Of a stretch of 64,000 nucleotides of DNA, positions 58,059 to 64,000 are shown piece after piece. The notes below the pieces were generated by a model that saw only the letters and a program-made list of their open reading frames with translations, searched no databases and had not been told where the DNA came from. Made by a program: the position numbers and the translations under genes. Source of the DNA: Myxococcota bacterium (GTDB lineage: Bacteria > Myxococcota_A > SURF-8). The first letter of the stretch is position 1, and each line of letters opens with the position of its first letter. The stretch is taken from contig CAXXQS010000001.1 of assembly GCA_963674735.2 (NCBI GenBank), positions 416,001 through 480,000 on the forward strand, given 5' to 3'.

Positions 58059-58997
58059 ATGCAAAACAGTATTCGATTTCTGATGTTGATGGCGATTATG
58101 ATTTGGCCTATGGCCGCGCAAGCGGAAACACTGACCTGCGAAGACGGCTCGGGGGATTGCGAGATCGATGCGCAAGGCGCGACCTGTGATTGCGCGGATG
58201 GCAGTTCGGTTGCCATGGAAATGGTCGGTGAAGGATCGGAAATGGACGTAACCGAGGCGATGTGTCTTGAGATCCTGCTCGAAGCCTGTGGCGGTCGTGA
58301 AATTACCGGTGAATGTGATTCCGATAAAGGGGCCTGTGTGGTGTATTCGGACGGTTCGTCGTTCTGCGAATGTGCGGATGGCAGCGGCGCGGGATCAGGC
58401 GAGTCGAGTGAGGGTAGTGAAGGTGGCGAAGACCCCGTTTACCCCACCGACCCGGATGATGATGCGGCCACCGAAGCCCCGCGAGCGCGTGTTTGGCTGG
58501 ATGAGGCCTTGACTTGTGACATGGTGTTGGCCGATGCCTGTCCGAACGATCCGCCCAATCCCGCCGATGAATGCACGACGCAAGCGCTGACGGTGTGCAA
58601 CAGCCTGGGCGACTGGATGGCCGAATGCTACGAGCAAACCGTCTGGGCCTACATGATCGTGGAATGTTGTAACGAATTCGAGGAATCCGCTGAAGTGATC
58701 AACGATATTTGGTCCTGCTTGGATGGAAAAAGCTGCGTAGATGGCGCGGAGGCCTGTTTCGAGGAAATCGGCGAAGCGGAGGACGCACTTTACGGAGGCG
58801 ACCGCCAGAGCGGCGATGCCAACGATGATAGCTTGGATGGCGTGAAAGGTGAAGAGTCGGACGATGACGACGAGGACGACAAGTCCTCGGGGAGTGGTTC
58901 GGACGACGAAATCAATTGCGCTAACACCGGCGCTCCGGCGAGCCTGCTGCTGTTGTTGACTTTGCTGGCGCTGGCATGGCGTCGCCGCCAAGCCTGA
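58059..58997 (+). CDS. Cys-rich acidic exported protein with C-terminal Cys/TM/Arg (MYXO-CTERM-like) signal
   Basis: AAGGAG RBS, signal peptide AQA-E, ~20 Cys, tail INCANTGAPASLLLLLTLLALAWRRR. Confidence 0.8.
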   Translation: MQNSIRFLMLMAIMIWPMAAQAETLTCEDGSGDCEIDAQGATCDCADGSSVAMEMVGEGSEMDVTEAMCLEILLEACGGREITGECDSDKGACVVYSDGSSFCECADGSGAGSGESSEGSEGGEDPVYPTDPDDDAATEAPRARVWLDEALTCDMVLADACPNDPPNPADECTTQALTVCNSLGDWMAECYEQTVWAYMIVECCNEFEESAEVINDIWSCLDGKSCVDGAEACFEEIGEAEDALYGGDRQSGDANDDSLDGVKGEESDDDDEDDKSSGSGSDDEINCANTGAPASLLLLLTLLALAWRRRQA

Positions 58998-59015
58998 TTC
59001 CACAACCAGTCAATG

Positions 59016-59042
59016 AAAAGCGGGGTTTTTGCCCCGCTTTTT
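59016..59042. terminator. Bidirectional rho-independent terminator
   Basis: AAAAGCGGGG-tttttg-CCCCGCTTTTT between convergent genes. Confidence 0.8.
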
Positions 59043-59044
59043 CT

Positions 59045-59878
59045 TTATGCGTGTTCGGTTTTCGCCTTGCGTTTGCGCCACCAGCGGCGTAGTGCGCCCA
59101 AGGCCAGCAACCAGGGGATGGCGGCGACGATGACGGTGATCAGAGCGCCAAGCGATCCGGCGATAACAAAGCCGAGATCGCGCAGGTCTTGCATCAGCGG
59201 TCCGTACCAACTGCGGGCATCGACATCGCGTGAGCCGGAAACGAACAGGTGAAGCGTAAAAACGGCGTAGCGAACCTGCCGTTTCAGGTTCTCCGCCCGG
59301 CCGCTCAATTCTTCGATGCGTTGACGCGCCGCGGCCAGTTCGCGTTCGGCCTCGATGATATCGGCAATCGTGCCGGTCTGGTCGCGCAGGATGGCCAGGA
59401 TGCGCGCCTCCAACTGCTTGGCGTTACGCAGGCGGGCGTCCAGATCCGATACACGATCCGTGGCATCGTCGGCTTGCTCCGACAACTCGTAAATTTTGCC
59501 CAACTCACGGAAGCGCGTCAGGGCATCGTTGTAGCGCTCGACGGGAATTTTCACGATCAGCGTGCCCGAGTCTGCCCCGCTGTTTTCCCGACGCTGCTCG
59601 TTACGGGCGACGAATCCACCCAATTCCGTCGTTGCGGTGCGCACGGAGGCCTGCGCCGCTTTGAAATCATCCACTTTGATCGATAGGCGTGCGCGCCGGA
59701 TCACGTGGCGCTCGCTCTGTTGCCGGGGTTCCCCTTCGGCGGATATGCCGCGTCCGTCGTTTGGACCTTGCGCGAAGAAACGGGCATCCAGGTCATGTTC
59801 GGGTTGCGCGACGTTGTCGCAGCCGATTCCCAACAGGAGCGTCAGAATTGAAACCAGACAGATCAACGCGTTTCGCAT
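59045..59878 (-). CDS. DUF4349-family lipoprotein
   Basis: Lipobox GIGC; VIRRARLSIKV, LGGFV, KIPVE, DATDRVSDLDARLRN, ERELA, VRYAVFTL; C-terminal TM. Confidence 0.85.
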   Translation of the reverse strand: MRNALICLVSILTLLLGIGCDNVAQPEHDLDARFFAQGPNDGRGISAEGEPRQQSERHVIRRARLSIKVDDFKAAQASVRTATTELGGFVARNEQRRENSGADSGTLIVKIPVERYNDALTRFRELGKIYELSEQADDATDRVSDLDARLRNAKQLEARILAILRDQTGTIADIIEAERELAAARQRIEELSGRAENLKRQVRYAVFTLHLFVSGSRDVDARSWYGPLMQDLRDLGFVIAGSLGALITVIVAAIPWLLALGALRRWWRKRKAKTEHA

Positions 59879-59970
59879 GAAGGCCTCCTTCGGTTTGAAA
59901 GGTGTAACCAACATAACACAAGACGCCGCCGAGGGGGAATGGCGAAACGATTGTTTCGAAATTGTGGCGG

Positions 59971-60618
59971 CTAGATGAACTTAGGCCAACCTAGGAGGAA
60001 ATCCCACACCCAACTGGCCGGGATGAAAAGAATGGATAGAGCCCCGGAAAAAAGTAGGAAAATCAGTAGGATGAAGCCATAGCGTTCGATGTTTGCCAGA
60101 ACTTTTCCATAGCTGTCGGGCAGGATTCCGGCCAGGATGCGGCCGCCGTCGAGCGGTGGAATGGGTAGCAGGTTGAAAAAAGCCAGGATGACGTTGAGAC
60201 GGATGAAAATCGTGAAGAGGAAATCCAGCGTGCGGTCGTAGTAGCCGACTACGTGAATCATGAATGCCATCAACAGCGACCCGAGGACGGCCAGCACGAT
60301 GTTGGATGCCGGTCCCGCAGCCGCAACCAGCAGCATGCTGGTTTTCATGCGCAGCCGCCGGGTGAAATTGATGGGATTGACCGGCACCGGCTTGGCCCAG
60401 CCGAAAATAAATCCGCCGAAAATAAAGCCGATCAGGGGAAGGAAAACGGTCCCGATCGGATCGACATGGGGAAGGGGGTTGAGCGTAAGTCGTCCCATGT
60501 TTTTGGCGGTGGAGTCGTTCAACATGAAAGCCGCACGGGCATGACTGTATTCGTGCACCGTCAGAGACAGGATCATCGGGATGAGTAGTGCAATGGCTTG
60601 TAAAAACTCGTTTGACAT
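59971..60618 (-). CDS. Site-2 protease family (M50) intramembrane metalloprotease
   Basis: HEYSH, GRLTLNPL.HVDPIG, GWAKPVPVNP, AGPASN, FNLLPIPPLDG; GGAGG RBS. Confidence 0.95.
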   Translation of the reverse strand: MSNEFLQAIALLIPMILSLTVHEYSHARAAFMLNDSTAKNMGRLTLNPLPHVDPIGTVFLPLIGFIFGGFIFGWAKPVPVNPINFTRRLRMKTSMLLVAAAGPASNIVLAVLGSLLMAFMIHVVGYYDRTLDFLFTIFIRLNVILAFFNLLPIPPLDGGRILAGILPDSYGKVLANIERYGFILLIFLLFSGALSILFIPASWVWDFLLGWPKFI

Positions 60619-60790
60619 CGAACCTCCACTCGTCATGAGGTCTTCTTTTAACAAAATTGCCGGGTACTGTCAACGAAACCCGCCGTTTGAGGTAGGAGGT
60701 GAAAAACGCCTGTTTTCATCCATTTTCACGATGAAGTCCGTTGCCGGGCATGATAAACTGGAATCCTTAACCACGATCAGGAGCGTGGCC

Positions 60791-61723
60791 ATGCGGTGGA
60801 CCTGTTTCATGTTCGTTATCGTGTATGTGACCGTCTTACCCGGTTTGGCCGGGGCTCTCGAATGCTCGAACGATCTCGGATCTTGCGAACTGACCGAGTC
60901 GGACTATCGTTGCGAGTGTACCGGCGGTTGGCTGTTCTACGGTGAATGGCCTCCCGGCGCACCGCCGACGGAGGCGGACTGCCTTCAGGGGCTGGACGGA
61001 TTTTGCGCCGGATTCGACGTGCTGGAACGCTGCGAGGATGATCGCGGTTACTGCGAGGTCTATGTCGGCGGCTGGTCGTGCTTGTGCGCCCAGGAAAATC
61101 TCGACGACTCGCAGACCGACACCTTGCGTCACGCCGCGCGAACCGTTCTGACTTCGCACGACGGAACGATGGCCCTCGATGATGGGATTGAGACCTGCGA
61201 GCAACTCATGAATCGCGAGTGTCCGGAGCCGCCTCCGGTCCCCGAAGATGTCTGCCAGGCGGATGATTTGAGTTTCTGCGAAGAACTGGTGGACTGGGTC
61301 GGGGTTTGCGAAGAGGAGGATGCCTACACCTACGAATACTTGTTGTGTTGTATGATGACCGAAATCGAGCCTGAGCACATGGATGCCTATTGGGAGTGCT
61401 TGCAGGAATTCGGTTGTGACGATTATACGGACGAGTGTTCGGCAGTGGCGGACAGCCCGGTCGATGGAGACGATTCCGGAACGCCGTGGCCCTACAATCC
61501 ACCTGTATCCGACGGCGATGATTCGGTGCCGGATGGCAGTGGTTCGGTGGATGATCGGCTTCTGGTCGACGATTCGGCTTCATCCGATTCACAGCAAGGG
61601 CCGGAACCGGCAACCGGCTGTCGGTCTTTCGGCTCAGGAGCGAGTTGGATATTGCTGGTGGCGGTCGCTTTGCTTGGGATTACCCGGCGTTATCGCCGCC
61701 GTCGAACCGTTCGATTTTATTGA
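60791..61723 (+). CDS. Cys-rich acidic exported protein with C-terminal Cys/TM/Arg signal; paralog of 58059-58997
   Basis: AGGAG RBS, signal peptide AGA-L, same Cys spacing as 58059; tail TGCRSFGSGASWILLVAVALLGITRRYRRRR. Confidence 0.8.
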   Translation: MRWTCFMFVIVYVTVLPGLAGALECSNDLGSCELTESDYRCECTGGWLFYGEWPPGAPPTEADCLQGLDGFCAGFDVLERCEDDRGYCEVYVGGWSCLCAQENLDDSQTDTLRHAARTVLTSHDGTMALDDGIETCEQLMNRECPEPPPVPEDVCQADDLSFCEELVDWVGVCEEEDAYTYEYLLCCMMTEIEPEHMDAYWECLQEFGCDDYTDECSAVADSPVDGDDSGTPWPYNPPVSDGDDSVPDGSGSVDDRLLVDDSASSDSQQGPEPATGCRSFGSGASWILLVAVALLGITRRYRRRRTVRFY

Positions 61724-61737
61724 GGGTCGGTGTCGAT

Positions 61738-61914
61738 ATGGGCATGTGCGGCATCAAACAGAATATGACTCCCTTTATCGAGCCGGATCAAGAACCGGAC
61801 GATTTCAAAAGTCCCGCTGAACCTGAAAACCCGCAACCTCGCAAAGAAAAATCGTGGTTGAGGCGTATGCTGAAAGCCATCACGAACCGTAATAAGGAGC
61901 CCCATGAACGCTGA
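61738..61914 (+). CDS. Small hypothetical protein
   Basis: Fills the gap between co-oriented genes; GAGG upstream; no recognisable motif. Confidence 0.35.
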   Translation: MGMCGIKQNMTPFIEPDQEPDDFKSPAEPENPQPRKEKSWLRRMLKAITNRNKEPHER

Positions 61915-62332
61915 AAGACCCCCTCGATTCGTTCCGAAAATTCCCCCGCCTTGCTTCGATTTCCTCCGTGCCGAGTTGCTCTCTGCCGAGAACGGCGTGG
62001 CGCGGGTCCGTTTTTCTCCAAGCGAAGCCATGGAAAACCCCTATGGCTTGATCCAAGGCGGGATATTGGCGGGTATGTTGGATAACATCATCGGTCCGGC
62101 AGTGGTGTCCGCCGTTCCGCAGCGCCAGACGACCACCGTTCAGATGTCGGTCAACTATCATGCGCCGGCACGCCCCGGAGAGACGCTGCTGGGGCGGGCG
62201 GAGGTGGTGCGCTATGGCCGTACCCAGGCATACATCGAGTCCCGTTTGGAACGCGAGTCCGATGGCGCGTTGCTGGTCAGTGCGACCGCCGTCAACCTAT
62301 TCTTGAACGAAGTGGAACCCCGAAAACCGTGA
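61904..62332 (+). CDS. PaaI-family (hotdog-fold) thioesterase
   Basis: NPYGLIQGG...MLD, TVQMSVNYHAP, AEVVRYGR; AAGGAG RBS. Confidence 0.92.
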   Translation: MNAERPPRFVPKIPPPCFDFLRAELLSAENGVARVRFSPSEAMENPYGLIQGGILAGMLDNIIGPAVVSAVPQRQTTTVQMSVNYHAPARPGETLLGRAEVVRYGRTQAYIESRLERESDGALLVSATAVNLFLNEVEPRKP

Positions 62333-62356
62333 GTGGACCGGGAGGCTCTTTCGGCT

Positions 62357-62920
62357 CTACCGTTCGAAGCGCTTCATCAGCCGGGCTTCTTTGAGAATCG
62401 CCTCGATGAAGGGTTGTTTTCGGTTGGTGTATTCTTCACGGTCCTGGCCGTGGTTTTGGGCGAGATCGCGCTTGAGATCGGCATAGGCCTTGGCGACCAG
62501 CGGATTTGAACATAGGTAATCTCGGAAGAGCAGGTGAGAGGTCCAGAACTCGCTATCGCTTTGAACCACATGAAGGTGTGCGGCTCGTTTTCCCTGCGTT
62601 TGTTTGATCAGAAAACGTCGTTCGGGCAACTCCCGTTCATATTCGGGGATGTATAAGTAATCGGCATTTTGGAGTTTGTGGGTCAAGTTGTCGGCTTCTG
62701 CCATTCCCGAAACACCGATCATGATGTCGAGGATCGGTTTGGCGGGCATGTGGGGGATCGCGGTCGAGCCGATGTGTTCGATGGTTTGGATGCTGTTTCC
62801 ACCGATGTCTTTGATCGTACGCGCCTCTTGGCTAAATGCTCCTGGCCAATTCGGGTCCGGGTCGGCCAGTTCGATCGGAGCGTTGAGCAAAGACGAGTCT
62901 TGGATCGCTTGAGCCTTCAC
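62357..62920 (-). CDS. GrpB (UPF0157) family nucleotidyltransferase-fold protein
   Basis: IEHIGSTAIP..PAKPILDI, HLHV, HLLFRDYL, Y..LK..LA, YT..K..FI. Confidence 0.92.
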   Translation of the reverse strand: MKAQAIQDSSLLNAPIELADPDPNWPGAFSQEARTIKDIGGNSIQTIEHIGSTAIPHMPAKPILDIMIGVSGMAEADNLTHKLQNADYLYIPEYERELPERRFLIKQTQGKRAAHLHVVQSDSEFWTSHLLFRDYLCSNPLVAKAYADLKRDLAQNHGQDREEYTNRKQPFIEAILKEARLMKRFER

Positions 62921-63366
62921 GTCGATGTCTCCTTTTGCTCGATCAGGCGTTGCAGATGAATGGCGTGTTGGTTTTCCTGCTCGGACAATTGCTCGAAAAA
63001 CGTTTTCACCTCGCCCTGCAGTTGGTCGGCCATGGCGCTGTAAAACAATTGAGCGTGCTGTTCGGCTTCCAGAGCTAAAAGCAACGCATCCGGGTAGCGA
63101 ATATCATCGGCATATTCCCAGAGCGGGGAGGCTTCCACGAGCTGAATCTGCCCTTTCGGTTGTTCTGAAAGAGTCTGGATTTCCAAACGCTTTTCGATCC
63201 GCTGGATGCTTTCAGCGTGTTGGCGTTCGCTCTCCGCCATTTTGATGAAAAAATTCTGAACCCGTTCATCTTCCGTGCATGTCACAAGGTAGTCGTAAAA
63301 GCGAGCGGCTTCCAACTCGGATTCGATCGCATTCCTTACCGCCTGCTGTAAAGACAACGTCATCAT
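62917..63366 (-). CDS. Ferritin-like/rubrerythrin-family di-iron protein
   Basis: Duplicated E-x6-Y...E-x2-H motifs (ESELEAARFY...ESERQH; EAEQHAQLFY...EQENQH). Confidence 0.88.
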   Translation of the reverse strand: MMTLSLQQAVRNAIESELEAARFYDYLVTCTEDERVQNFFIKMAESERQHAESIQRIEKRLEIQTLSEQPKGQIQLVEASPLWEYADDIRYPDALLLALEAEQHAQLFYSAMADQLQGEVKTFFEQLSEQENQHAIHLQRLIEQKETST

Positions 63367-63722
63367 CTTTGGTTCCCCACCTTGTTTCTCTAATCGGCTT
63401 TCCCTATATGTGATGATAACGGTCCTGTCATGGCCTGTCTAGTAAAAAAATATAAGAATGGAAATATTAGAAGGGTGCCTGGAGAGGGCGGAGGAATTAT
63501 ATGTGTAATTATATAAATAGGGTGTCGTCGTCCAAGGCGATGGACTTAAAACCGGACGCGCAGCACGTCTCGAAGGATACGGCCTCAAGTGGAGCGGTTC
63601 CGCGCCCTTAACGATAAAGGACGTATCGGGAAGGGGTTGACTTTCCCCTCCAATGTGTTACCAAACTGCAGTAGGGCCAAACATTGATCGAGGTCAGAAT
63701 GAAATCCCATTTTTCGGATCCG

Positions 63723-63962
63723 ATGCACATCCGCTTTCAGCTCCGTCGTTTCTGTCTGGTGCTGGTTTGTGTTGCTTGTCTTCTCCTGTCGAGTTGCAAG
63801 CCGGATCCGCCGCAGCCGGACGCGCCGCCCGCCACACCAGCGAAAGCCGTTATGCCCGAAAACATCGGCGATCCGATAAAGACGCTTGAACAGGCGAAAC
63901 AGGTCGAGCAGTTGTTGAATCAGGCGGCCAAGGATCGGGGCGCAGGTGTGATGAACGAGTAG
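63723..63962 (+). CDS. Small hypothetical lipoprotein
   Basis: Lipobox LSSC followed by a Pro-rich linker and a helix; start uncertain (63699 or 63723). Confidence 0.6.
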   Translation: MHIRFQLRRFCLVLVCVACLLLSSCKPDPPQPDAPPATPAKAVMPENIGDPIKTLEQAKQVEQLLNQAAKDRGAGVMNE

Positions 63963-64000
63963 CCGGTCGAATGCGGTAAAAGACGCGAGAGACGATCTTT

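Noticed and set aside
63519-63610. tRNA (selC-like) or fluoride riboswitch suggested by GTCGTC...GGCGATGGACTTAAAACC
   Set aside because: No T-arm (GTTCGA), acceptor stem or downstream fluoride-riboswitch consensus.

Overview
GC-rich bacterial chromosomal segment. Myxobacterial-type Ser/Thr kinase, PEGA, HEAT and MYXO-CTERM-like proteins plus a tungsten-type aldehyde oxidoreductase suggest a Myxococcota-like or other deltaproteobacterial, probably anaerobic, organism (inference). Housekeeping blocks are rpsA-CaCA antiporter-sppA-lapA-lapB-lepA, psd-lipoprotein-truB-rpsO-pnp, ubiB-like kinase-dgt, an amidase, an HDAC-family deacetylase, an aminotransferase and a trmJ-like methyltransferase. They are interleaved with many exported proteins. 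The strongest unexplained pattern is that about ten unrelated exported proteins share an acidic Asp-Gly-Asp (DGD, often PTDGDx) repeat stalk. It always lies next to the membrane anchor: after the lipobox Cys, or before a C-terminal Cys/TM/Arg sorting signal. This may be a lineage-specific surface-display system. Other highlights: a stand-alone AT-rich SIR2-domain gene preceded by a perfect palindrome, a paralogous Cys-rich surface-protein pair, a B12/radical-SAM-like protein lacking CxxxCxxC, a candidate promoter-to-terminator sRNA, TGC-N3-GCG boxes over a phasin-like promoter, and REP-like palindromes. No rRNA, tRNA, CRISPR array, integrase or transposase was recognised. All calls come from motif reading only, with no database searches. 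Several start codons were moved from the ORF track based on RBS, promoter or signal-peptide context.
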